Source: Anaerohalosphaeraceae bacterium (GTDB taxonomy: Bacteria > Planctomycetota > Phycisphaerae > Sedimentisphaerales > Anaerohalosphaeraceae). Taken from it: 64,000 bases of DNA. Position numbers and translations under genes: made by a program. A model generated the notes under the pieces. The model had not been told where the DNA came from. It searched no databases and saw only the letters and a list, made by a program, of their open reading frames with translations. This document shows positions 50,928 to 60,943 of this stretch, one piece after another (position 1 is the stretch's first letter; each line of letters starts with the position of its first letter). The stretch covers positions 256,001 through 320,000 of the forward strand of contig CAXXSL010000001.1 of assembly GCA_963675525.2 (NCBI GenBank), written 5' to 3'.

Positions 50928-52352
50928 ATGAAGAAAGAAAGCTTGATCTGGATAATTCTTGGCGGCAGTTGCATGGCGTGTCTGATCACTGCGCTGTTGG
51001 CGGGATTGGGCCTTTTTCCGAAGGGCTTATTGGTTGTTTCCGTCGGCACAGCGATTGTCTGCGGCGGCCTGTGTGTGTTCTTCATTCGCGGGCATCTCAA
51101 GCAGCTTCATAAAATGTCCATGTCTCTTGACAGCCAGGTGCTGATTATTCCGGCGGACTTCAGGGAAACGGTGCTGGAAGAACTGACACTGGCGATCCGG
51201 AATTTTTTTGGGAAATCGCATGACCAGCTTGCATGTGTTCAGGAGGAAAACCAGAGTTTAAATTTGCAGATTCAGTTGATGCGCCGCCGCAAAAGCAATG
51301 TAGAGGAAATAATTCAAAGTATCCAGGATACGGTTTTGGTAACGGATGAAATGGATCGTGTTGTGTTAGCCAATGAATCGGCGGAGCGGCTTTTCGGGTT
51401 TATCTTTGACGGGAGCAATCCCCGGAAAATCAGCGAAATCGTTGAAGAAACAGAGTTGCTTTCGGTCATCACGAAAATCCGCCAAAGCAAAACGTCACAT
51501 GTTCGCCACGAACTGACATTTGAACGAAATGTCGGCCCGGTGACCTTTGATACGGTCCTGTCCTGTGTTGAGGATGAAACCGGGAAGGTTGTTCAGGTCG
51601 TTACCGTGCTGCATGATATTACTCGTGAGAAAGAAATTGCTCAAATGAAAAACGATTTCGTCAGCCATGTATCGCATGAGTTAAAGACACCGCTGGCCTC
51701 GATCAATGCGTATGCGGAAATGCTGGTGGACGGCGAAGCACAGGACGAAGAAACAATTCAGCAGTTTTGCTCGGTGATACAGAGTCAGGCGCAGCGACTG
51801 AGCCGATTGATCGAAGATATTCTTAATATTTCGCGGATTGAATCGGGATTGATAAAGGTTAATAAGGAAACACACAGCTTGGCGCTGGTGATTCGGGATG
51901 CAGTCGAGATGATCAAAAGCTATGCACAGGAAAAAAATATTGAGATCATTTCACAGGCGCCGATCCTTTATGATCAGGTTTATGTGGATCGTGATATGAT
52001 TTCTCAGGTGGTGATCAATCTGCTTAGCAATGCGGTCAAATACACGCCGGCCGGCGGTCAGATCACCGTTCAGTCTGATTTGGATGAAAGCGATGGACAG
52101 GTCAAGGTGACCATTACCGATACCGGTGTCGGCATTCCGCCTGAAGATGTGGATCATGTGTTTGACAAGTTCTTCCGTGTTGAAGCGAACAATAAATACG
52201 CCAAAGGAACGGGCCTGGGTCTGAATCTGGTTAAGCAGATCGTGGAATCCGTCCATGGCGGTGACGTCTTTGTGACCAGCACTGTCGGCCAGGGCAGCAC
52301 CTTTGGATTTGTCCTTCCGCTGGCGGCGGAAAAGGTGACGCAAACAGCCTAA
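50928..52352 (+). CDS. PAS-domain sensor histidine kinase
   Basis: Two TM segments, PAS domain, SHELKTPL, NLLSNAVKY, DTGVGI and GTGLGL. Confidence 0.95.
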   Translation: MKKESLIWIILGGSCMACLITALLAGLGLFPKGLLVVSVGTAIVCGGLCVFFIRGHLKQLHKMSMSLDSQVLIIPADFRETVLEELTLAIRNFFGKSHDQLACVQEENQSLNLQIQLMRRRKSNVEEIIQSIQDTVLVTDEMDRVVLANESAERLFGFIFDGSNPRKISEIVEETELLSVITKIRQSKTSHVRHELTFERNVGPVTFDTVLSCVEDETGKVVQVVTVLHDITREKEIAQMKNDFVSHVSHELKTPLASINAYAEMLVDGEAQDEETIQQFCSVIQSQAQRLSRLIEDILNISRIESGLIKVNKETHSLALVIRDAVEMIKSYAQEKNIEIISQAPILYDQVYVDRDMISQVVINLLSNAVKYTPAGGQITVQSDLDESDGQVKVTITDTGVGIPPEDVDHVFDKFFRVEANNKYAKGTGLGLNLVKQIVESVHGGDVFVTSTVGQGSTFGFVLPLAAEKVTQTA

Positions 52353-52398
52353 GGCCATGGAATTGTATTGATGTATCAGAAAAATGTTAAAGGAGAAA

Positions 52399-52785
52399 AT
52401 GATGTCAGATAAAAAAGCGTTGGTCGTGGACGATGAATTTCACATTGTTCAGGTTGTTTCAATTAAACTGAAAAATAACGGGTTCGATGTTGTCACGGCT
52501 GATAACGGTAGCCAGGCCTATGATCTGGCATGTGAAACGACGCCCGATATTATTGTGACGGACTATCAAATGCCCGTGATGAGCGGATTGGAATTGATCG
52601 AAAAACTTCGTCAGAATGATCAAACGGCGCATATCCCCGTAATCATGTTGACTGCGCGAGGATTCGCAATTGAAGATGATCAGCAGGAAAAGCTGCGTAT
52701 TTCGGCCTGTTTGAGCAAACCCTTCAGCCCGAGAGAAGTTTTGCAGACAATCGAAGAGGTTTTGAATCAGAGTGCTGCCGTATAG
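52399..52785 (+). CDS. Single-domain response regulator
   Basis: VVDD, TDYQMP, MLTA and KPF. Confidence 0.95.
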   Translation: MMSDKKALVVDDEFHIVQVVSIKLKNNGFDVVTADNGSQAYDLACETTPDIIVTDYQMPVMSGLELIEKLRQNDQTAHIPVIMLTARGFAIEDDQQEKLRISACLSKPFSPREVLQTIEEVLNQSAAV

Positions 52786-52820
52786 TCTCCGGGATTTTGT
52801 AGAGGGAAAAATAGAAAACC

Positions 52821-54398
52821 ATGGACAACATGACAACGCACATAATGACAGACTCTCAGATGCAGCAGTTTAATCAACTGGCTCATAAGGTAAACCGTCT
52901 CGGACTGAATCTGCTGGTTTTCGATGCGGGGTTCCAATGTGTACTCCGAATGCAGGCCGGTAAGTTTGAAAGTGATACTGGCCGGATTACCGAATGGCTT
53001 GCAGGAAATCCCGCTGATGATCGGGAATTCTATTGGCTCAAAGAACAGATTCTGGCCTGGCGGGTGCATTGCGAGGATGAGTCCTGCCTGACAGTGGTCG
53101 TCGATCCGGGCGATGTATCTGGAAATCAAACACAGAATGAGAGAAATTATCTAAGTTGTATTGTGGAAGATACACTCCAGCAGTTGTCTGATTCCAATAA
53201 GATTTTCCAGCAGACTGAGAAAATCAGTAACGAACTGTCTCAGGCGTATGAAGAGATTATTCTGCTGTACAACCTCAGCACGAATATGAAAGTCACACAG
53301 TCTAACGCCAATTACCTGCAAATGGCTTGCGATCAATTGACCCAATTGGTGCAGGTGGAGGGAATCGGCATTTTTATTAAGCGGAAAGCAGAAGGACAGA
53401 AAGAATTGTCGCTGATGGCAGGTTCCGGTTTTCTGACGGTTGATGCGGATTCAGCCGACATCCTCCAGATGCAGCTGATCGCAGAGATGGATCTGGGTCG
53501 GGAGGCGCTTCTGGACAGCCGGGTTGACGGTCCGTTCAAGTACACCTGGCCCGAGAGTGTGAATAATCTGATTGCGGTTCCACTGGGTGATGCGAATCGG
53601 ATGGTTGGCTTTCTGGTAGCGACCAATGTCCTTAACAAGCCTGACTTTGATACGACGGACATCAAATTGTTCAACTCCGTTGCCAATCAATGTATGGTCT
53701 TTATCGAAAATAATCATTTATTTGATGATTTGAAGGAATTATTTATCGGTTCCCTCAAGGCATTGACCAACAGTATTGATGCTAAAGACCAATACACACG
53801 CGGCCACTCTGAGCGGGTGGCGTTTATTTCTCGCTGGATCGCCGAACGTTTGGCGCAAAGTCAGCCCATCTCGGAAAAGCAGATTCATCATATTTATTTG
53901 GCGGGGTTGCTGCATGATATCGGTAAGATCGGTGTCAGCGAGTCCGTTCTGAGAAAGTCCGGCCGGCTGACCGATGAGGAGATGGGAACGATCCAGGCGC
54001 ATCCGCGAATCGGTGCATCCATTCTTTCGGAAATCCGTCAGATGGATGAGATTGTACCGGGTGTGCTGGGACATCATGAACGCATGGACGGAAAGGGGTA
54101 TCCCCAGGGATTGAAAGGGGAAGATATCCCGCTGGTCGCCAAAATCATCAGTCTGGCCGATTCGTTTGATGCCATGACGTCCAAACGTGTCTATCGTGAC
54201 GCAATGAGCATTCAGCATGCGATTGAGGAGATCGAAAAGGGTATTGGGACCCAATTTGACGAGGCGGTTGCCCGGGCCTTTTTGGGCAGTGATCTTGAGA
54301 AACTCTGGAGAATTATACAGGACGGATTTATTGAACGCTGGGATTACAGTAATTTTGAAGAGTACGGTGTTTCGGCTGTAGGAGCGTTGATCCGATGA
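52821..54398 (+). CDS. GAF plus HD-GYP cyclic dinucleotide phosphodiesterase
   Basis: HSERV, LLHDIGK, HHERMDGKGYP and ADSFDAM. Confidence 0.93.
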   Translation: MDNMTTHIMTDSQMQQFNQLAHKVNRLGLNLLVFDAGFQCVLRMQAGKFESDTGRITEWLAGNPADDREFYWLKEQILAWRVHCEDESCLTVVVDPGDVSGNQTQNERNYLSCIVEDTLQQLSDSNKIFQQTEKISNELSQAYEEIILLYNLSTNMKVTQSNANYLQMACDQLTQLVQVEGIGIFIKRKAEGQKELSLMAGSGFLTVDADSADILQMQLIAEMDLGREALLDSRVDGPFKYTWPESVNNLIAVPLGDANRMVGFLVATNVLNKPDFDTTDIKLFNSVANQCMVFIENNHLFDDLKELFIGSLKALTNSIDAKDQYTRGHSERVAFISRWIAERLAQSQPISEKQIHHIYLAGLLHDIGKIGVSESVLRKSGRLTDEEMGTIQAHPRIGASILSEIRQMDEIVPGVLGHHERMDGKGYPQGLKGEDIPLVAKIISLADSFDAMTSKRVYRDAMSIQHAIEEIEKGIGTQFDEAVARAFLGSDLEKLWRIIQDGFIERWDYSNFEEYGVSAVGALIR

Positions 54399-54730
54399 AG
54401 ATAGAATCTCAAAAATACAATGATATTATGGTTCTGCAGTTGCACGGTGAATTTACCAGCGAGTCGCTGAAATCCTTCGAAGAGCAGACCAGCAATGTGT
54501 TTGCTTCAAAAATCAGCGGAATCGTTCTGGATATGACCCGAGTCAGCATGATGGACAGTCAGGCCTTGGAGCGTCTTCTTGACTTCAGCGAGCAATGCCG
54601 AGAACAGACCCGGCAGTTTAAGATCGCCGGGCTTGATGAGACATGCACCAAGATACTTGAAATAACGCGGCTGTTGACAAAGTTTGACACGTACGCCGAA
54701 TTAACCGAAGCTGTAAAAAGTTTTGCATGA
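54395..54730 (+). CDS. STAS domain protein
   Basis: IVLDMTRVSMMDSQAL and ILEITRL. Confidence 0.9.
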   Translation: MKIESQKYNDIMVLQLHGEFTSESLKSFEEQTSNVFASKISGIVLDMTRVSMMDSQALERLLDFSEQCREQTRQFKIAGLDETCTKILEITRLLTKFDTYAELTEAVKSFA

Positions 54731-54748
54731 TATAAAGAGTTAAAGCCA

Positions 54749-56464
54749 ATGGCAGCAGCAACACAAATAAGATTGCCGCTGGGACAGCTTTTGCTGAGCC
54801 GCGGCGTGGTGACCCAGGAGCAGATTGATAAGGCGCTGGATCGGCAGCAGAACTCCGGCCATAGCAAACTGCTGGGGGAACTGCTGGTTGAGCTTGAATA
54901 CTGCACGGAAAACCAGATATGTTCGGCGCTGGCCGAAGCCTATGGTGTTCCCTATGCGGTTGTCTCGCCGAAACTCTGCGACCCCGCTGTGATTGAATTA
55001 CTGCCGCGGGAATTCCTTGAAGAACATATCGTACTGCCGTTGTTTAAGGTCTATGACACCCTGACCATTGCATTGAGCGAGCCATCGAATGTCTTTGTCA
55101 TTGAGGAAATTCAGCGTTTGAGCGATTGCAAGGTCCAGGTGGTCTGTGCGACGGCCAAAGATATCAAGGCGACGCTGCAAACCTATCTTCCCGCCGCCAA
55201 TGTATTTGTGATTGATGATATCATCGATGATGTCTCGCTTGAAGACTTCTCGATGATCGAGAATATGCCCGAAGATATTTCCGATCTGGAGGAAGTTGCC
55301 GGGCAGTCCCCGGTGGTGAAACTGGTAAACTATTTAATCTACACCGCCGTTCATGAAAACGCCAGTGATATTCACATTGAGCCGGATGAGAAAAAACTCC
55401 GGGTGCGTTACCGCGTCGACGGCCGTTTATATGAAAAGATTACACCGCCGCATCAGATGCATGCCGCAGTGGTTTCACGTATCAAGATCATGGCGGATTT
55501 GGATATTGCGCAGCGGCGTCTGCCGCAGGACGGCAGTATCCACGTGTTGGTCCAGTCCAAACCGGTGGATTTACGTGTTTCCGTGATGCCCGGAACATAT
55601 GGCGAAAAAGTCGTGATTCGTGTCATTGATTTCCGGAAAATGCTGACCAATCTTGAGTCGCTTGGTTTTGGCTATGAGAATCTGCAGATATTCAAGAAGG
55701 TCATCAACCATCCGAACGGGATAGTATTGGTTACCGGGCCGACTGGCTCCGGTAAGAATACGACATTGTATGCCGCATTGTCTGAACTCAATAATGAACA
55801 GGTGAATATCTGTACAGTTGAAGATCCGGTCGAATGTAAAATTCACGGTGTTAATCAGTTTGAGGTTCACGACTTGGCGGGATTCACCTTTGCCGGAGCG
55901 CTTCGGTCTCTGTTGCGGCAGGACCCGGATGTGATTATGGTGGGTGAAATTCGCGATCGGGATACGGCCAGCATCGCCGTTCAGGCGGCCTTGACGGGGC
56001 ATCTTGTTTTGTCCACACTGCATACAAACGATTCTCCGGGTGCGGTCATCCGGCTGATTGATCTGGGCGTGGCGCCCTATCTGGTCAGTGCGTCGTTGAT
56101 CGCGGTGCTGGCCCAGAGACTGGTACGAAAAATATGCCCGAATTGCAAAGACGAATACACACCTTCATCCAGCATTCGGAAAACCGTGAAGGAGTGGGCG
56201 GGCCAGGATTTGACGTTTTACCATGGAATGGGCTGTAAGAAATGTCGAAATACAGGATATATGGGTCGAATTGCGATCCATGAAATGTTTGTCCCCGACG
56301 ATAAGATACTAGATTTAATTACCGATGGGATTCCGCTGAAGGCATTACGCACCGCCGCGATCGAAAACGGTATGGTTCCGCTGCATTTGGACGGCATCGA
56401 AAAAATCAAAGCCGGAATCACCACGATTGATGAAGTGTTACGCGTCGCGAATGTTTCAGACTAA
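54749..56464 (+). CDS. pilB: PilB/GspE assembly ATPase with MshEN-like N-terminus
   Basis: ASDIHIEP, RLPQDG, GPTGSGKNTT, LRQDPDVIMVGEIRD, TGHLVLSTLH and a tetra-Cys motif. Confidence 0.93.
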   Translation: MAAATQIRLPLGQLLLSRGVVTQEQIDKALDRQQNSGHSKLLGELLVELEYCTENQICSALAEAYGVPYAVVSPKLCDPAVIELLPREFLEEHIVLPLFKVYDTLTIALSEPSNVFVIEEIQRLSDCKVQVVCATAKDIKATLQTYLPAANVFVIDDIIDDVSLEDFSMIENMPEDISDLEEVAGQSPVVKLVNYLIYTAVHENASDIHIEPDEKKLRVRYRVDGRLYEKITPPHQMHAAVVSRIKIMADLDIAQRRLPQDGSIHVLVQSKPVDLRVSVMPGTYGEKVVIRVIDFRKMLTNLESLGFGYENLQIFKKVINHPNGIVLVTGPTGSGKNTTLYAALSELNNEQVNICTVEDPVECKIHGVNQFEVHDLAGFTFAGALRSLLRQDPDVIMVGEIRDRDTASIAVQAALTGHLVLSTLHTNDSPGAVIRLIDLGVAPYLVSASLIAVLAQRLVRKICPNCKDEYTPSSSIRKTVKEWAGQDLTFYHGMGCKKCRNTGYMGRIAIHEMFVPDDKILDLITDGIPLKALRTAAIENGMVPLHLDGIEKIKAGITTIDEVLRVANVSD

Positions 56465-56480
56465 TTGAGAGCAGAGTTCA

Positions 56481-57665
56481 ATGGCGATACAGACGCTTGA
56501 AAAACCGAGAGTTGAAAGTGATCAGCAAAGCATGAACAATGCTTTAAATTCTTCATCTGTGTTGCGCGGAACAACTCAGGCGAACTCCGGCGGGTCTGTC
56601 ATCTCGAATGCCAGAGTTAAACAGGCCGAATTGATTCTGTTTACCACACAGTTATCCGTTATGTTGGACAGCGGTGTTGTACTCAGTGACGCGATCGAAG
56701 CTATTGCCAAGCAAATGCGTCCCGGCGTTTTTCAGCAGGTCATCTTGGATATTGCCTATCGAATCTCGAATGGTGACAGCTTTTCATCGGCCCTGCAGTT
56801 TTATCCTCGCATCTTCAACAACATGTTTGTGAGCATGGTGAAAGCTTCTGAAGCTTCCGGAAAGATGTCTCATATGCTGGATGTGCTGAGCGGTTACCTG
56901 AATGCCGATGCCGATACACGAAAACAAGTCAAAAGTGCAATGATCTACCCGCTTATAATGTTGCTGATGGCGGTTGCGGCTACAGGATCGCTGATGTTTT
57001 TCGTCTTGCCGCGGTTTACGAAAATATATGAGTCACGCGGTTCAGCGCTGCCCAAATTGACCCAAGTTCTCGTTGACTGCAGCAGTTTGGTCGGTAACCC
57101 CGTGTTTCTGGCTTTTGCCGCCACGGCCGGGATATTCGGATTCTGGGGTTTGTCGCTTTGGAAACGGACTGAAAACGGCAAAATCTCACTGGGGTGGATT
57201 AAAGTACATGTGCCGATTTTCGGAACGATGTTTGTTGATGCGGTAATGACGCGTAGCATGCGTATTCTGGCAACAATGGTCAACACCGGTGTCAGTTTGC
57301 TGGAGGCTCTGGAAGTCATGCGGATTTCCACCGATAATTATTTATTTCAGACGCTTTGGGAAAATGTGGACGCCAAAATTCGAGACGGCTATCAATTATC
57401 CGATGCGATTATGCTGTCGCCCTATAATAATTTGATCGCGCCGGGAATTATTCAGATGCTGCGAGCCGGAGAGAAATCAGGACAGATTGGCAGAGTGTGC
57501 GACAGAATATCAATTTTTCTTGAAAAGAAGCTTCAGAATTCAATCCGAACAGGTACTGCATTGATCGAGCCGCTGATGATTACGCTGATGGGCGGAATTA
57601 TCGGCACGATCGCGATTGCCTTGCTGTTACCAGTATTCCGAGTCTCCAGCGTCATGGCACACTAA
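56481..57665 (+). CDS. pilC: PilC/GspF platform protein
   Basis: FTTQLSVMLDSGV, AMIYP, VLPRF, AGEKSG and LIEP. Confidence 0.93.
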   Translation: MAIQTLEKPRVESDQQSMNNALNSSSVLRGTTQANSGGSVISNARVKQAELILFTTQLSVMLDSGVVLSDAIEAIAKQMRPGVFQQVILDIAYRISNGDSFSSALQFYPRIFNNMFVSMVKASEASGKMSHMLDVLSGYLNADADTRKQVKSAMIYPLIMLLMAVAATGSLMFFVLPRFTKIYESRGSALPKLTQVLVDCSSLVGNPVFLAFAATAGIFGFWGLSLWKRTENGKISLGWIKVHVPIFGTMFVDAVMTRSMRILATMVNTGVSLLEALEVMRISTDNYLFQTLWENVDAKIRDGYQLSDAIMLSPYNNLIAPGIIQMLRAGEKSGQIGRVCDRISIFLEKKLQNSIRTGTALIEPLMITLMGGIIGTIAIALLLPVFRVSSVMAH

Positions 57666-57823
57666 AAAAGGTAATGCTGTGTCCACTATTATCTGTGGTC
57701 GCGGGTTTTTAGTTACCGGCTTATCACCACTACATGTTTAAAATCTTAAATAAGTCTGTACTTTCTCATTTCCCCCCCCATTTTAAAGGTGTTTTTTAAT
57801 CCAAAATTAAGTGCAAAAAAAAT

Positions 57824-57851
57824 TTGCATTGGCCGGCCTTATCTGTATAAT
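57824..57851 (+). promoter_or_regulatory. Putative sigma70 promoter of rpsO-pnp
   Basis: TTGCAT, 16 bp, TATAAT. Confidence 0.55.
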
Positions 57852-57932
57852 GGCGATTTCGATAAAGTTGGTTAAAGAATGGTATGGGCAGTGAGCCCAT
57901 GTGGAAATGCTGTGAAAGGAAGATGTTAAGGT

Positions 57933-58199
57933 ATGCTGACAAAAGAACTAAAACAAAAGGTCATCACTGATTATAAGATGAATGACAATGATACAGGGTC
58001 GCCGGAAGTACAGATCGCGATCCTGACAACCCGTATCAATGAGTTGACTGAACACCTGAAAACACACAAAAAGGATCATTCCTCACGAAGAGGGCTGCTT
58101 AAAATGGTTGGAAATCGTTCTTCTTTGCTGAAATATGTAAAGAATAAGGATATCAACCGTTACCGCGAGATTATTTCCAGGCTAGGTCTGCGTAAGTAG
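57933..58199 (+). CDS. rpsO: 30S ribosomal protein S15
   Basis: [28 protein letters not shown] and LGLRK. Confidence 0.98.
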   Translation: MLTKELKQKVITDYKMNDNDTGSPEVQIAILTTRINELTEHLKTHKKDHSSRRGLLKMVGNRSSLLKYVKNKDINRYREIISRLGLRK

Positions 58200-58299
58200 C
58201 TTTATTTTCAATATGTTACACCCCCAACTGCAAGGGCTGGATATTTTCCGCAATGAACGGTAGGGGATACTGATATTTAAATAGAAAAGAAAAGTGGAC

Positions 58300-60483
58300 A
58301 TGTTTAATATACAAAGAGTAGAAAAGACGATTTGCGGCAAGACGATCAGTCTTGAAACCGGCCGGATCGCACGACAGGCTCATGGTGCCGTGGTGGCACA
58401 AATGGGCGAAACGATGGTACTTGTAGCGGCTGTAACCGCACCGCCGCGATTCGAAGATATTGATTATTTCCCGTTGAGTGTCGATTACCGCGAGAAATAC
58501 AGTGCCGCGGGCAAGTTCCCCGGCGGCTTCATGAAACGTGAAGGACGACCGACCACCAAGGAAATTTTGACCGCCCGCATGATTGACCGTCCGATCCGGC
58601 CGCTGTTTCCGGATGGATATTTCAACGAAGTGCAGATCATGGCATCTGTCATCAGTGCGGACAAAGACAATGACCCCGATGTGCTGGCGATGATTGCCGC
58701 CAGTGCGGCGCTGTCGATCAGCAAGATACCGTTCCTCGGCCCGCTGGGTGCGGTTCGCCTGGCCCGCGTGGATGGGAAAAATATCATGTTCCCGACCTAT
58801 GCGGAACGCGACAAGAGCGAACTGAATGTGATCCTCGGCGGCCGCAAAGACGCGATCAATATGATCGAGGTTGATGCCAAAGAGGTTCCTGAAGACATTA
58901 CAGCTAATGCGATCAAAGAGGCCCATGGTGTTATCGGGCAGGTTTGTGAGATGATCGATGAACTGGTCGCCAAGTGCGACGTCCCGGAAAAAGAGATTCC
59001 GCTGAACGAGTTGGACCCGGCGTTGCTCAGTCAGCTTGAAAAAGAAACATTTGGCGGTTTATACGCCGCCTATCAGGTCAAGGTCAAAGCCGAACGCAAT
59101 GACGCGATCGGTCAGATCGTTGACGCTGCGAAGGCCAAGTACACCGCCGTCGCGTCCGCAGTTGCCAAGAGTACGGCTTCGGATGACGAAGGTGAAGAAC
59201 CCGCCTATGAGCCTGAACATGAAACGATTAGCTGCACGTCCACGCAATTGAAGCGGATGTTTGAGATCATTCAGAAGAAGGTCGTCAAAAAACTTCTACT
59301 GGAAGGTAAGCGTCCGGACGGCCGCGGTTTTGAAGATATTCGCCAGATCGATTGCCAGGTGGGAATCCTGCCGCGTTCGCATGGGTCGGCGTTGTTTACT
59401 CGCGGGGAGACGCAGGCGATGGTTTCCTGTACGCTGGGCACCGGCCGGGATGAGCAGATCGTTGACGGTCTGGCCGAGGAAAAGGGGCAAAGCTTTATGC
59501 TGCATTATAATTTCCCGCCGTATTCGGTCGGTGAAGCACGCATGATTCGCGGACCCGGACGTCGTGAGATCGGTCACGGAGCACTGGCGGAAAAGGCCCT
59601 GGAGCAGATCAAGCCCGAGGCTGATGTGTTTCCCTATACGATCAAGATCGTTTCGGATATTACCGAATCGAACGGTTCCAGTTCGATGGCCTCCGCTTGC
59701 GGCGGCATGCTGGCGATGATGGATGCGGGTGTTCCGGTTAAGAATATGGTGGCCGGTATTTCCGTCGGGTTGATTTCCGAAGGTGACCGTTATGAACTGT
59801 TGACGGATATCATCGGCGACGAAGACCATTTCGGTGAAATGGATTTCAAGGTGACCGGTTCAGAAAAAGGCATTACTGCCATTCAACTGGATATCAAGGC
59901 CGAAGGCCTGCCGCATCCGATCATGGTTGAAGCCTTGGAACGGGCACGCCAGGCGCGTCTGAAGATCATGGACATCATGCGGGCGACCATTGCGAAACCG
60001 CGTGAACAACTGAGCGAACATGCTCCGAAGATCGTTTCGATCAAGATCGATCCGGAATATATCGGCAAAGTTATTGGCCCATCCGGCAAGACCATTCGGG
60101 CGATCCAGGAACAGACCGGTTCGCTGATCGAAATTGAAGAAGACGGTACGGTTTGTATCAGTTGTGTTGGCGGAAACGGCCATTTGAAGGCTCGGGATAT
60201 GATCGAGTCCATGACAACCCCGCCGCAGGTAGGGCGTGTTTATCCCAATGCCAAAGTTGTTTCGGTTAAGGAGTTCGGAGCCTTTGTCGAGATTTCTCCC
60301 GGCATCGAAGGCCTGTGCCATATCAGCGAACTCAGCAATGAATACATCAAAAATGTTGATGATGTGTGTAAAGTTGGCGATATAATCGCCGTCAAGCTTA
60401 TATTGATTGACGAGCAGGGACGGTTTAAATTGAGCCGGAAAGCCGCTTTAGCGGAGATAGAAGAGCAGGAAAAAAAGGCGTAA
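58300..60483 (+). CDS. pnp: Polyribonucleotide nucleotidyltransferase
   Basis: Two RNase PH domains (FTRGETQ, RREIGHG, ESNGSSSMAS), KH and S1. Confidence 0.98.
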   Translation: MFNIQRVEKTICGKTISLETGRIARQAHGAVVAQMGETMVLVAAVTAPPRFEDIDYFPLSVDYREKYSAAGKFPGGFMKREGRPTTKEILTARMIDRPIRPLFPDGYFNEVQIMASVISADKDNDPDVLAMIAASAALSISKIPFLGPLGAVRLARVDGKNIMFPTYAERDKSELNVILGGRKDAINMIEVDAKEVPEDITANAIKEAHGVIGQVCEMIDELVAKCDVPEKEIPLNELDPALLSQLEKETFGGLYAAYQVKVKAERNDAIGQIVDAAKAKYTAVASAVAKSTASDDEGEEPAYEPEHETISCTSTQLKRMFEIIQKKVVKKLLLEGKRPDGRGFEDIRQIDCQVGILPRSHGSALFTRGETQAMVSCTLGTGRDEQIVDGLAEEKGQSFMLHYNFPPYSVGEARMIRGPGRREIGHGALAEKALEQIKPEADVFPYTIKIVSDITESNGSSSMASACGGMLAMMDAGVPVKNMVAGISVGLISEGDRYELLTDIIGDEDHFGEMDFKVTGSEKGITAIQLDIKAEGLPHPIMVEALERARQARLKIMDIMRATIAKPREQLSEHAPKIVSIKIDPEYIGKVIGPSGKTIRAIQEQTGSLIEIEEDGTVCISCVGGNGHLKARDMIESMTTPPQVGRVYPNAKVVSVKEFGAFVEISPGIEGLCHISELSNEYIKNVDDVCKVGDIIAVKLILIDEQGRFKLSRKAALAEIEEQEKKA

Positions 60484-60637
60484 CCACCAAACGTTCAACC
60501 GAAAGGTGAAGCCGGACGTTTTGGATTAAGTGGTTAATGACAGTTAAACGGTGACGAAACAGTTGTTTCGTAGTAGCAGTAAAAGGGTTTTGAAGCCTGG
60601 ATTAATCGTGAAAGGCTTTGAAAAAATGGAGGTAGTT

Positions 60638-60907
60638 ATGGCAATTGGGAAAGTGAAGTGGTTTGACCCAAATAAAGGATTTGGATTCATTGTTAACGAT
60701 GAAGGGGTCGATGTTTTTGTCCATTATACAAGCATTGAAGGGCAGGGCTTTCGGTGTTTAAAAAGCGGACAAAAAGTGACGTATCAGGAAATTGGTTCTG
60801 GCAAAGGTCTGCAGGGAAAACAGGTTTGTCTGTTTTCTGTTATGGATGAATCATGTGATGCGGCGGACAGGCAGGAACTGGAATCTTCGCAATTAGATGC
60901 AAATTAA
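60638..60907 (+). CDS. Cold shock domain protein
   Basis: GKVKWF, KGFGFI, DVFVHY and a GGAGG RBS. Confidence 0.93.
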   Translation: MAIGKVKWFDPNKGFGFIVNDEGVDVFVHYTSIEGQGFRCLKSGQKVTYQEIGSGKGLQGKQVCLFSVMDESCDAADRQELESSQLDAN

Positions 60908-60943
60908 AGACGCCGAAATATTTTTATTAATCACATCGCGAGG

